64,000 bases of DNA from a virus: positions 1 to 64,000 of IMG/VR virus record IMGVR_UViG_3300009157_000018; one strand, 5' to 3'. Shown here piece by piece: positions 29,570 through 38,697 of the stretch. The translations under genes were made by a program, and so were the position numbers. Position 1 is the stretch's first letter. Every line of letters begins with the position of its first letter. The notes beneath the pieces are model-generated. The model saw nothing but the letters and a program-made list of their open reading frames with translations, did no database searches and had not been told where the DNA came from.

Positions 29570-32500
29570 CTACACTCTCAACGCATCTCTGATGGCTTGA
29601 CTGATAATGTTATAGATCATTTGTTGTAGTAGAGCAGGCTCCAAACCATTAAGTTCTACCGGAACATTGATGACGAAGTTACCTTGAGTTGGATCAAAGT
29701 TCAGACCACTTCCACTGGATAATTGGCCACCTAATCCGAACAGCGTTGGCTGAGATATCAAGGCTGAGAGTGGCCCAGCATTGACTACCAAGTTGCTGAG
29801 TAAGGCTTCCTGTTGCAGTCTGGCAGCCTCAAGACGGTTCGCCTCATCCATCTGTTGGGTAAGTTCTTCGATGGCGATCCTCAGAAGATTCTCGTCAAGA
29901 CCACGAACTTCTCTCAGGAATGCGGCGTCTTTGATGATCGTGATAATGTCATCTGAAGCTTCTTTTGTCGCGCCTGGAATCTTGCTTTGGAGTTGTAGGG
30001 CTATTTGAATTGCTTGTTGCAATTGGGCACTAGACAAGTCCCCGATGTCTAGGATAGACTGGTCAGGCCCATTCGCGGCGCCAGTAGGCGTGCTACTAAC
30101 TCCACCACCACCAGTAAAGGTCCCACCTATATTTGGGGTGCGGAATGCAGAAAGTAGTCGGCTAAACAGTGCTTGAATTTGCGCGCTAAGGTTGGTCATG
30201 ACTGATCCAACATTGCTTGTCGTGAAATTCCTTGCTCTCTGGGTGGATGATTCAGGGTCGTCTCCCTCGAAGAATCCTCCTCGAAGGTCTCGCCGTTCAG
30301 TAGTAATGATTGTCCGTATGATAATCGGATTCGCAGCGACAGTGGCGGCAACGCCCGCTTGGGCACCCGCCAGCGTTACTAGGGCAGCAATCAATGTGCC
30401 CACAGCTCCAGAACTGGTACCAGATTGCAGAATAACGCCCAGCAGCGTTTCAGCCAAGGCAACATTTCCCTGTCCAGCCGAAGCCAGTTCGGGAATCAGC
30501 GTTCGCAATTGATCACCGTAAGCCGCCACGAGTTGAGATGCTTGGCCAGCAGCCTCAGTAATACGAGCCTCACCAGCGGTGAACTCATCCATTGAGATTG
30601 CGCCTTCCTTCATTCTGTCGAACAGTTTAATCAACTGGTCGCCCTGTTCTTCAGCAAGTCCATCAAGAATCAATGTTGCGTCGGCCGCTATTCGTTGTGC
30701 AGCAGTAAGTTGTTGAGTAGCATCAGTTGCACCCAAGAGTTGTGCCATGAGTTCTTCGGCAGATAACGCTTCTCCATCCATACCCTCAGTAACTTCTATT
30801 ACAGATGCAAACAATTCATCTGAGCTTCTTCCGACTGCTGATATGGCACCATTACTAGCAGTCATCTCATCAACCAAAACTCCGAAGGTTTCTTCCGTAA
30901 GAAGATTGGCCTCTCCTAGCATTTTGATGGTTTCTACCATGGCTCGAAGATTATCTAACTGAGTTTCGTTTTCGGTACCGGTAATTCTGATTCCAATACT
31001 CGACAAATCAGGAAGTTCAATACCGCTCCCAATGCCTGGGATTTCAATTAGTCCTTTTGCTTGAATGTTCCGAAGTCGCCCCTCAACATGAACAATGGTT
31101 TCAGCTATATCATTTGTAACACCAGCTTGTTCTTTCAATGAGGTAATAGCACTAGCCTGATCCGCAAGCTGAGTGCCAAGTTCGATGGCGGCGAAGGCAA
31201 TAAGCAAAGGAAGGAATCGAGCCATGAGCGCCACGGCTCCAGCCAAGGCAGTTCTTAAGCCACCAACAACACCGGCCATGACTCCTAGGCTCCTGCTTGC
31301 AACTAGTGCTTGCGCCGACAAAGTTGTCATTCCCAACCCAGCTGCCCTTGTAGATACTGCTAAGAAGTGAGTTGATCGGGCAGCTAAGGTAGCTTCAACT
31401 GTAAAGAGTTTTAGGCTGGCTGATCCACTAATGAGCAAAGAGGTTCTAAAGGCCGCGAAACTAGTGCTAAGTCCCAATAATCCAGCACCGAACCGCTCCA
31501 ATATGGCAATGGCTACTAAGGCACCACCAGTGAAAGCCAGGAATCGTGCAGAGAATGAAGTAAATTCTGGGCCAGCAGATTCCAAGAAGCCAAGGATCGA
31601 GTTTCCGAAATTCAGGAATCCCTTGGCTGCTGTTTCCATATCTTCATCAAGACCCAGCAGCAGAGTTTGTATGCGAGTGGTAAACGACTGGAATCTTCCC
31701 GGCAATGTATTGGCGATAATCAAACTGGCCGCCGATAGTTCCCCAGTGCCATCGGAAGCATCACGAGCCATCTCTTGCAGGGCAGCTCCGATAGATGCAA
31801 TAAGTTGATTGTTGAATCCAACAGCTCCAGGGTTCAACGGAGGGATAAGTTCTTGGAGGGCCAGCCGACCCTGTTCGGCGGTGACTGCACCTGATTGAAC
31901 TGCTTGGAATAACTGAATAAGGATAGCGTCGGCATCCTTCAGATTGCCAACAGCATCCCGAGTCTCCACTGCACCTTCAACGATCTTCTCGAAACCCGCA
32001 AGTACCTCTGGGTCTGACAATTTAGAAAGGCTGGTCCGCAATAGAGTACCGATTTCTCGACCAGACTGACCGGTACGGAAGATTAATTGGTCCATGATGG
32101 CGGTCAAGAAACGAAGATCGAAACCGGATACTTGTGCGTTCAATCCAGCTTCAGTCAGACCGTCTGCTAATTGGGTAATCTCAAAAGCAGAGCGATGGCC
32201 CAAGCTCACTACACTGTCTAGGAATGATCTGAATCGTTCCAAAGGAGTAAGATTGCCAAGACTATCAATCTGTGCCAGGCCATCAGCCGTGATTCTAAAT
32301 AACGATGTCAATTGGGCAGCGGCTTGCTGGGTATTTGTCCCAGGTCCAAGAACATTGGTAAACTCACCAATGATTTGTTGGAATCCCTCTACATCACCTA
32401 GCAGTGCATCGGTGTCTAAAGTTCCAGTGCCTCCATCAGTTTGGATACTTCGTAGAGCACCGGCCACAAGGTCTGTGACAGCCAAGAGTTCTCGGAAGTC

Positions 32501-33709
32501 AGTAGCAGTTTCTATAGCAATATCTCCCAAGCTTCGCAGGAAACCATCGGCTTGGGTATCGGATAATCCTCCGAGTACCAACCCCAGTCTGGCGGTATCT
32601 CGATCAATGTCTCCGATAAGTTGGAATCCAGCACCAATGCCCTCTATGGCGCGGCTAAACGCGTTATAGATGACCAAGCCTTCAGCGATTCGCAAAGCAT
32701 GGTGGCTAAAGGTCCTGGTTGCGGTGTCCCACTGAAGCGCATATTGCTTCTGCAGATTCGTTAGCCGGGTCATTTCGGCGTTCAGTCGTCTGACTCCGGG
32801 AGCACCAGCATCGATCTGCCGTTGTACATTTACGATTTGGGCAGCGACATTGCTTTGCTGTGGTATCTGCCCAGCCACTCCACGCCGCTGCTCACTTGCA
32901 AAGAGTCGCTCTTTCTCTTGGATGAGTTTCTGGACGGTGGGGGAAATCGTGGCTTCGAAGCGCTTTAGGGCAAACCCAGCATTCTGGAACTGGATTTCCA
33001 ATTGCTTGATCTGAGTGGCTGCACCTGAGAATCGAAGATTCGGGATGGTGCGAGATAGTTCTTGAAGTTGTTTGTTGACATTAATCAGGTCTTGGATAGT
33101 CTTCTGACTACCAAAGCCCCCACCAACACCTAGTTTTTGTTGTGTCGCAAGTTGCCGCTCAAGATTTCTACGCTGAAGTAGAAGGTCACGACTAGTTTGT
33201 AACTGTTGCTGTTTTATCCCCGCAGCGATGCCAGCCAGGAGTGGTTGCAATGCTGCTTTCAGCCCAGCAGCACTTCCAAACTCTGTCTGCCCCATTAATC
33301 CTCGTTGAGCGAGAGTGGTAGAAGCCAGTTGAAGTTGCTTAATCTGAGCTGCTGTTGGAGCGAGTCCCGCCGCAGCTGATGTGAATACCGGACCTTTTCT
33401 GCTTACAATGTCGAACAACTTCTGAAGTTGTGCGAGTTCTCGGTTAAGAGACTTTACCGCATCTCGGGCACCGTAAATTTGCTGCCGTCTTGCATTCCAA
33501 GCAGCAAGGGACTCATTCTTATCACGAGAAGCACTCAAGTTGCCAACTTGATTTAGTGCATCAATGTCAGCTTGGATTTTGGCTGGAGTCCGGGTAGCAC
33601 GCTGCGCTCTCTGCTCAGCCTGCTGAACTACGCGGAGAAGACTATTGATTTCGCGTTTGGCTTGGTCAGAGTTAACGCGAACATTTATGAGAATGTCGTC
33701 TCGGGGCAT
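29570..33709 (-). CDS. tail tape measure protein
   Basis: 1379 aa, Ala/Leu/Gln-rich; TGQSGREIGTLLRT core motif; hydrophobic segment. Confidence 0.9.
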   Translation of the reverse strand: MPRDDILINVRVNSDQAKREINSLLRVVQQAEQRAQRATRTPAKIQADIDALNQVGNLSASRDKNESLAAWNARRQQIYGARDAVKSLNRELAQLQKLFDIVSRKGPVFTSAAAGLAPTAAQIKQLQLASTTLAQRGLMGQTEFGSAAGLKAALQPLLAGIAAGIKQQQLQTSRDLLLQRRNLERQLATQQKLGVGGGFGSQKTIQDLINVNKQLQELSRTIPNLRFSGAATQIKQLEIQFQNAGFALKRFEATISPTVQKLIQEKERLFASEQRRGVAGQIPQQSNVAAQIVNVQRQIDAGAPGVRRLNAEMTRLTNLQKQYALQWDTATRTFSHHALRIAEGLVIYNAFSRAIEGIGAGFQLIGDIDRDTARLGLVLGGLSDTQADGFLRSLGDIAIETATDFRELLAVTDLVAGALRSIQTDGGTGTLDTDALLGDVEGFQQIIGEFTNVLGPGTNTQQAAAQLTSLFRITADGLAQIDSLGNLTPLERFRSFLDSVVSLGHRSAFEITQLADGLTEAGLNAQVSGFDLRFLTAIMDQLIFRTGQSGREIGTLLRTSLSKLSDPEVLAGFEKIVEGAVETRDAVGNLKDADAILIQLFQAVQSGAVTAEQGRLALQELIPPLNPGAVGFNNQLIASIGAALQEMARDASDGTGELSAASLIIANTLPGRFQSFTTRIQTLLLGLDEDMETAAKGFLNFGNSILGFLESAGPEFTSFSARFLAFTGGALVAIAILERFGAGLLGLSTSFAAFRTSLLISGSASLKLFTVEATLAARSTHFLAVSTRAAGLGMTTLSAQALVASRSLGVMAGVVGGLRTALAGAVALMARFLPLLIAFAAIELGTQLADQASAITSLKEQAGVTNDIAETIVHVEGRLRNIQAKGLIEIPGIGSGIELPDLSSIGIRITGTENETQLDNLRAMVETIKMLGEANLLTEETFGVLVDEMTASNGAISAVGRSSDELFASVIEVTEGMDGEALSAEELMAQLLGATDATQQLTAAQRIAADATLILDGLAEEQGDQLIKLFDRMKEGAISMDEFTAGEARITEAAGQASQLVAAYGDQLRTLIPELASAGQGNVALAETLLGVILQSGTSSGAVGTLIAALVTLAGAQAGVAATVAANPIIIRTIITTERRDLRGGFFEGDDPESSTQRARNFTTSNVGSVMTNLSAQIQALFSRLLSAFRTPNIGGTFTGGGGVSSTPTGAANGPDQSILDIGDLSSAQLQQAIQIALQLQSKIPGATKEASDDIITIIKDAAFLREVRGLDENLLRIAIEELTQQMDEANRLEAARLQQEALLSNLVVNAGPLSALISQPTLFGLGGQLSSGSGLNFDPTQGNFVINVPVELNGLEPALLQQMIYNIISQAIRDALRV

Positions 33710-34004
33710 TAAGTGCCTTCTATTTCGGAGTCACTGAACTCCAACATCATGGGTCGTTCGCCGGCGCCGGTCACGTCCATTGCTTTGCGAACAAAGTCAG
33801 CACACTTATCCGATGAGTGCCAAATAGCCTTGGGCGGCTGTGCCTTAGTAGGCAACTTGAAAAATTCCAGGATTCTCCGCGCCTCAGACACTACGATAGA
33901 TAGAGTCCAAGGCCATTCCGTGGGGGATCGATATTCAGGGAAGAGGGGCTGATTAGTATGATCGGCGGTCTGGACCAGCACCAAAACTTCCGGCCGCCGA
34001 CCTA
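33709..34004 (-). CDS. tail assembly chaperone -1 frameshift extension (gpGT-like)
   Basis: open -1 frame reached via the A AAA AAC slippery site. Confidence 0.8.
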
Positions 34005-34715
34005 GTTTTTTAGGGCCTCCGGTTCGACCATTAAGCCGTAATGGCTCGACGCCAATAAATCGAGCACAACCGAGCGCAGCTCGTTCACCTCGGAACTGGT
34101 CTTAAAGGCAGGCTTAGTACACTTTTCGTCCAAGAAAGTACCGCGACTGATCATCTGGCAGTTGAATTCCCTCATCCAAATGCCAGCTAGAATGTTTTCG
34201 ATCAGGGCGGGTTCAGCCTCGACTCGGAGGTCTTCCAAGGAAATCTCCTTAACCTCTTCGTCCAGTTCCTTCTTGGCGCTCTTCACCGTAGCCCTTACGG
34301 ATTCCTCGCGTTGCTCCTCGATCTCCTCAACTTCGAGCTCGTGCTGCTCAAGGTCAGCGTTCGTTATATCAGGGCCTTCAGGATCAGGAACAAAGGTTTG
34401 GTCCCGGTTCTCCAGGGATTCACGCTTAATCGCGGTTGTTCGTTCTGCCAATCGGTTATTAATCCACAATACCGATAACTGGTCCCGGTTATATTCTTCT
34501 AGTTCTTCCATAACAAGAAGTTGCCGTTCGTTAGAATCCGGGTCCAAGAGCTTCTTTCGAAGTTCTCTAGAGACACGGCGTGCATAGGCTTGGCACATGT
34601 CCCGGTCGATTGGGTTCATGGACTTGATCCAAACCGTCATCTCGTTCTCAGTGTCTTTGTCTAAGACGACGGGCACAGGCTTTAAGAATAGTGTATCGAG
34701 TGTAGGTGTTTTCAT
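34002..34715 (-). CDS. tail assembly chaperone (gpG-like)
   Basis: upstream of tape measure; ends GCC CTA AAA AAC TAG. Confidence 0.8.
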   Translation of the reverse strand: MKTPTLDTLFLKPVPVVLDKDTENEMTVWIKSMNPIDRDMCQAYARRVSRELRKKLLDPDSNERQLLVMEELEEYNRDQLSVLWINNRLAERTTAIKRESLENRDQTFVPDPEGPDITNADLEQHELEVEEIEEQREESVRATVKSAKKELDEEVKEISLEDLRVEAEPALIENILAGIWMREFNCQMISRGTFLDEKCTKPAFKTSSEVNELRSVVLDLLASSHYGLMVEPEALKN

Positions 34716-34726
34716 AGTTCCTTCCA

Positions 34727-34767
34727 ACAAGAAGGGGTGGGTCCCTGAGCGGGGGACCCACCCCTTC
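34727..34767 (-). terminator. intrinsic terminator-like hairpin
   Basis: GAAGGGGTGGGTCCC-7nt-GGGACCCACCCCTTC-TTGTT. Confidence 0.65.
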
Positions 34768-34863
34768 ATTTAACGGCCTCCTAAGTGGCCATCATTTATC
34801 CGGTGGAGTAGATTGCATAGGCATCACCTCCCCTATTGGTTTGTTTCCATTATACCATAACAC

Positions 34864-34904
34864 AAAAACACCGGGGTGGAGCCATTCATGCTCACACCCC
34901 GGTG
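34864..34904 (-). terminator. terminator at 3' end of tRNA island
   Basis: CACCGGGGTGTGAGC...GCTCCACCCCGGTG-TTTTT. Confidence 0.8.
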
Positions 34905-34933
34905 AATGTGTTTTCCATCCTAGGTTATAGGTT

Positions 34934-35007
34934 TGGAGCCGCAGCGAGGAATTGAACCCCGATTCACCGCTTACAAGGCGGGTTTCTTGCCGTTAGAAGA
35001 CGGCGGC
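34934..35007 (-). tRNA. tRNA-Thr(UGU)
   Basis: cloverleaf, loop CTTGTAA, encoded CCA. Confidence 0.85.
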
Positions 35008-35020
35008 TCGCGTGTTAGAA

Positions 35021-35308
35021 CTAGGGCGCGGGCTCAGGCTCGGGCTCTGGCTCTGGCTCAGGTGCGGGAGCCGGGGAAACGGCTTCCGTGATCGCGTCAA
35101 TGTCCGCGTCAGCCTCTTCGGCTGTGACAAGTAGAGCGTCGATCTGCTCCTGGGTGACGGCGCCTGCCATCAGTTCGTCAAGTTGTGCCTGTAGTTCGGC
35201 CAACTTTGCGCTTGCGTCGGCTGATGCAGCCATAACTGCATCAAATGCTGCCTGTGAGCTTGTCTTAAGGTCTTCTAGCTCTGCTGATAGTGCTGTAATA
35301 TCTGCCAT
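35021..35308 (-). CDS. acidic coiled-coil protein with C-terminal (PE)n tail
   Basis: SD GGAG; PAPAPEPEPEPEPEPAP. Confidence 0.7.
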   Translation of the reverse strand: MADITALSAELEDLKTSSQAAFDAVMAASADASAKLAELQAQLDELMAGAVTQEQIDALLVTAEEADADIDAITEAVSPAPAPEPEPEPEPEPAP

Positions 35309-35480
35309 TATTGTCTCCGTGTTTTCAAGGATTTGTAACTGTAATCGGTTTTTCTGGGAATTCCGTTTCCCACCCCACAATGAGTCCCAGAAATTCTCTG
35401 GTTGCCCACCACGGTCTTTATTTCTATCTACTTTACTCGTATCGGTCCCCCTTTCTCTGGAGGATAACTGCTCCTATAAC

Positions 35481-35508
35481 AGTATACCACATACCTCCAT
35501 CCTGTCAA
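35481..35508 (-). promoter_or_regulatory. sigma70/sigA-type promoter
   Basis: TTGACA-16nt-TATACT with TG extension. Confidence 0.7.
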
Positions 35509-35514
35509 TAGATT

Positions 35515-35589
35515 TGGAGGACCAGTTGGGGGTCGAACCCAAGTCGTCGGTTTACGAAACCGGCATCCTAGCCACTAGACGACTGATCC
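35515..35589 (-). tRNA. tRNA-Thr(CGU)
   Basis: loop TTCGTAA, CCA. Confidence 0.85.
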
Positions 35590-36129
35590 CCTGATAATTT
35601 TTCGCACCTGAGGCCATGAGGAGGCCCTAGGAAGCCCGCTAAGGTCCGTAGTGAGGTTGTGCGCCCTAGCAAATAAAATTGCCTTCCTGTCGGATTCCAG
35701 GAACTCTAGGCAATTTTGAGGCTTGTCATCAACAAGCAATTCTGCGTCAGTAAAATCGATCTTCCGATCTTTAGGCCCGACGATGGTGACTCTCTGGAAT
35801 TGAGGGCGCCATTTGCCGAGCCACTTCCAAGTGTTGTACTCGGCCCATTGGGGCTTGGAGGTAACGCATTCTAGATAATGACCTTCCCGCCGTAATCGAT
35901 CTAAGGTTCCGATTGCTCCGTCTACGGCAGGGAAGGTATGCCATAACCATTCTCGTTCTCGTAGCCATGTCCACCAGTTCTGTCCAATGATAGGATCAAG
36001 GATAGGATGTAGGTCCCACTGATAGATATCTTCTTCGGAAAGAACTACACCGTACTCCTTCTTAACAGAGTCGCGGAGTCCCCCCACAAAATCTAGAACA
36101 GTATCGTCTAGATCGATTGCCAAATGCAT
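35575..36129 (-). CDS. 5'(3')-deoxyribonucleotidase (HAD, NT5C)
   Basis: IDLDDT, VTS, K and LVDDK motifs. Confidence 0.9.
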   Translation of the reverse strand: MHLAIDLDDTVLDFVGGLRDSVKKEYGVVLSEEDIYQWDLHPILDPIIGQNWWTWLREREWLWHTFPAVDGAIGTLDRLRREGHYLECVTSKPQWAEYNTWKWLGKWRPQFQRVTIVGPKDRKIDFTDAELLVDDKPQNCLEFLESDRKAILFARAHNLTTDLSGLPRASSWPQVRKIIRGSVV

Positions 36130-36311
36130 TACTTCGACTTGATTTCGACTATTTCAACGGCTTCTGTAGGATTGAAGTCCCAGATCGAAACATCATCTAA
36201 TCCAAGTCCTGTTCCATTTTTCTCAATCAATTCCTTGAGCACGAGGGCTTCAATGCCTCCGTGGACCGCGATCTCGTAAGAGATCGTAGCCTTGACAACG
36301 GAATCTACCAC
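36129..36311 (-). CDS. hypothetical protein
   Basis: coupled 60-aa ORF. Confidence 0.55.
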   Translation of the reverse strand: MVDSVVKATISYEIAVHGGIEALVLKELIEKNGTGLGLDDVSIWDFNPTEAVEIVEIKSK

Positions 36312-36677
36312 TTACTTTCCTTCCTCTTCATCGTGAAGAATCTTCGAAGCCACGAATTCCCCAGCCATGATATTGAACATCACGGCAGCCGCGTGGTCTT
36401 CGTCTGTTTCCCCCGTCGCCCATTGTATCAGATGCCGCAAAGCCGACGAGCGATAGCGTGCTAGTTCTTCTTCTCCTCTCGCCATCTCCCAATTGCGAGC
36501 GTCGTATTTCTCAGCTCCCCTGGTCATCAGGTCTGCAAATCGCGTTAGCATCTGCTCATGATACGGAACGCCGAGCGGAAATAAGAGATCGAATCTGGCT
36601 TTCCCATCCTCGGTATCGCGTACCATTCCGCTCTCGTACTCGCTACGCTTGCCAGAATCCTTGGTAATCCTTGTCAT
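36312..36677 (-). CDS. dATP/dGTP diphosphohydrolase domain protein (DUF5664-like)
   Basis: GMVRD..GKARFDLL...GAEKY..NW...SALRHL...EDHAAA..FN. Confidence 0.85.
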   Translation of the reverse strand: MTRITKDSGKRSEYESGMVRDTEDGKARFDLLFPLGVPYHEQMLTRFADLMTRGAEKYDARNWEMARGEEELARYRSSALRHLIQWATGETDEDHAAAVMFNIMAGEFVASKILHDEEEGK

Positions 36678-36857
36678 ACCTTCCCTTATCATCGTAGAAC
36701 TGTGGTTGCTGGTAATCCTTGTGGGTGTGACGATCCTTGGTGTTGTTGGTTCTAGAGCGAGAAGCATCACAGCATTTAATCCCACCAGGACAAGAGGGGA
36801 ACATATAAGTCTTGGGCTTATGCCTCTTGAAATTAGCCATCAACTCACCTTTAGTAT

Positions 36858-36933
36858 TGGTACCGCCCCAGAGAATCGAACTCTGCTGCATCTATATGTA
36901 ACATAGAGGCCCCCACCAGAAGGCAAGGGCGGT
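36858..36933 (-). tRNA. tRNA-Val(UAC)
   Basis: loop GTTACAT, A1-U72, CCA. Confidence 0.75.
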
Positions 36934-36935
36934 AT

Positions 36936-37009
36936 TGGAGCCGGAGCTGGGAGTCGAACCCAAACTGAATCCTTACCAAGGATTTAGTCTACCGTTAACT
37001 TACACCGAC
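36936..37009 (-). tRNA. tRNA-Thr(GGU)
   Basis: loop TTGGTAA, CCA. Confidence 0.85.
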
Positions 37010-37188
37010 TTGTTGTTTTCTTCTTCCCTCTTTAGAATACGAAGACAGGATTCGCACGACTTCTCGTCGGCAGGCAGTTCCGCTGCAGTCTTCGAATCCA
37101 TATATCCCCACTTACCACAATATGCTTTCGGAAGACCAATGCGGCTCTGAAACCGCTCGACATGCCAACTCTTAATAAGGAACCACAT
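37000..37188 (-). CDS. small Zn-binding protein
   Basis: WH...YCG...CESC. Confidence 0.55.
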   Translation of the reverse strand: MWFLIKSWHVERFQSRIGLPKAYCGKWGYMDSKTAAELPADEKSCESCLRILKREEENNKSV

Positions 37189-37190
37189 CT

Positions 37191-37370
37191 TTATTGAATC
37201 CCTGACTTACAATTCTTAGCTGCCGCGTGGCTGTTCTGGAACGCTCGTTCCTCGGAGTCACCATTCGCAATCGTCTTGTTGAAGACGCGCATGAATACTT
37301 GCTGACAACGAGTAGTGGTATATTCCTTTTTTACAGCCTCGGGAAGCTCCTCTGTCTTAGAATATGGCAC
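37191..37370 (-). CDS. ChaB-family protein (59 aa, not in ORF track)
   Basis: MPYSKTEELPEAVK...QQVFMRVFN...EERAFQNSHAAAK. Confidence 0.8.
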   Translation of the reverse strand: MPYSKTEELPEAVKKEYTTTRCQQVFMRVFNKTIANGDSEERAFQNSHAAAKNCKSGIQ

Positions 37371-37565
37371 TTACTTTACCTTCCTGAAAGAATCTTCATA
37401 ATTCGATCTCCATTTCCGTACCTCGCTAGGGCTTGGAAGTCCTGGTATATGCACAATCTCGCCAAAAGGTTCAGCGTAAGGATCGTAGTCTTCCTCTTCG
37501 CGCTTGCGTTCCCAAGCAAGTAGTCTCAGAAGAAACCACCGACCTATGCCTTTTATATCGCGCAT
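37371..37565 (-). CDS. hypothetical protein
   Basis: MRDIKG... with SD GGAGG. Confidence 0.55.
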   Translation of the reverse strand: MRDIKGIGRWFLLRLLAWERKREEEDYDPYAEPFGEIVHIPGLPSPSEVRKWRSNYEDSFRKVK

Positions 37566-37575
37566 GTCCTGCCTC

Positions 37576-37917
37576 CTAGGGTATTTGGGTCTTTTTATTA
37601 GTGTAGCCTCTAGTGTGTGTTCTGATGCGGTGACAGTTGGAGCAGACCACATCGCACTTGACTATCTCCAATTGTAGGCGCTCAATAGACATAGAGGAGG
37701 CTCTGACTGACCCTATCGCGAATTCCTTGTCGCCCCTATGGTCGAAGTCCATGACATATGGTGGGTAACTTTCCCCGCAGTCGGCACATGGCTTGCTTTT
37801 CGCTGCATCGATATAAGCTCTAGTGCGTGCCCGTGCGCGAAGGTTGGAGTCAATGTATTTCTCCTTGTTCGCCTCATAATGAGCACGATAAGATTCCTGT
37901 GATGCCCAACCGCTCAT
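37576..37917 (-). CDS. HNH endonuclease
   Basis: CADC...DFDH...CDVVCSNCH. Confidence 0.9.
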   Translation of the reverse strand: MSGWASQESYRAHYEANKEKYIDSNLRARARTRAYIDAAKSKPCADCGESYPPYVMDFDHRGDKEFAIGSVRASSMSIERLQLEIVKCDVVCSNCHRIRTHTRGYTNKKTQIP

Positions 37918-37935
37918 GGTCGCCTTCTATAAAGT

Positions 37936-38012
37936 TGGTCTGGGAGGCTGGGATCGAACCAGCGACCTTCTGCTCCCAAAGCAGACGCGCTACCTGGCTG
38001 CGCTACACCCAG
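37936..38012 (-). tRNA. tRNA-Pro(UGG)
   Basis: loop TTTGGGA, CCA. Confidence 0.9.
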
Positions 38013-38020
38013 ACGCTAAT

Positions 38021-38092
38021 TGGAGAGAGGGGGCACGATCCCCTGACGAGGGGCTATCACCCTCGCTTGGTCCCAACCAACATGGCTCTCCA
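38021..38092 (-). ncRNA. non-canonical tRNA-like element
   Basis: GGAGAG/CTCTCC-A stem with three arms; T-loop ATCGTG; no canonical anticodon loop. Confidence 0.5.
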
Positions 38093-38228
38093 TTGAAATC
38101 CCGGCTACACGGCATTACGCCTTACCACTGCCCCAAACGAAGGAGCACCCACCTTCCTTACCGGGTGCGCGTAGCAGCGGCCTCACGGCTCACACTCCAC
38201 GCTACCGTGGGAGTCACCCACGAATTAT

Positions 38229-38304
38229 TGGTGCTACCGGACGGGATCGAACCGCCGACGCTCTGCTCTTCAAGCAGACGCTCTACCTACTGAGCTACAG
38301 TAGC
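38229..38304 (-). tRNA. tRNA-Phe(GAA)
   Basis: loop TTGAAGA, CCA. Confidence 0.92.
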
Positions 38305-38306
38305 AC

Positions 38307-38390
38307 TGGTGGTACTCCAGGGATTCGAACCCCGATAGCCAAGACGACTGCTTTACACGCAGTTGATTTCACCCACTTACCATGAGTACC
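38307..38390 (-). tRNA. tRNA-Tyr(GUA)
   Basis: loop GTGTAAA, extended variable arm, CCA. Confidence 0.85.
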
Positions 38391-38392
38391 AT

Positions 38393-38464
38393 TGGCGCCG
38401 CCAGAAGGACTCGAACCCTCAATAAAAGCTTAGAACACTTCGACCCATCCAATGGGATGGCGGC
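38393..38464 (-). tRNA. tRNA-Arg(UCU)
   Basis: stem GAAGT/GCTTT, loop GTTCTAA, G73, CCA. Confidence 0.7.
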
Positions 38465-38472
38465 GTATTTTG

Positions 38473-38625
38473 TTACGGAGTGAGTGCGCTCAGTGCTAGA
38501 GCAACCAGCACTAGCCCAACCCATCCTAGTTTGATGGTGCTAGTTCCCAACTTGAAATCGATAGCCTCTAGTCCAAATAGGATTGCGGCTATGATATACA
38601 TAATTAGATCAGGAGTAACGTCCAT
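38473..38625 (-). CDS. 50-aa membrane protein
   Basis: MDVTPDLIMYIIAAILFGLEA...GWVGLVLVALALSALTP. Confidence 0.65.
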   Translation of the reverse strand: MDVTPDLIMYIIAAILFGLEAIDFKLGTSTIKLGWVGLVLVALALSALTP

Positions 38626-38697
38626 TTATACCCTCTTTGCGAAGAAGATGATCGCTAAGATCACCAATATGATAATCAGAATTGTTACTACGTCCAT
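38626..38697 (-). CDS. 23-aa single-helix membrane peptide
   Basis: MDVVTILIIILVILAIIFFAKRV; SD GAGGTG. Confidence 0.65.
   Translation of the reverse strand: MDVVTILIIILVILAIIFFAKRV

Noticed and set aside
38393-38464. Possible amber suppressor (CUA) reading of the tRNA at 38393 and stop-codon recoding
   Set aside because: The better stem register gives UCU (Arg, G73). Genes end normally at TAG, TGA and TAA with full-length proteins in code 11.
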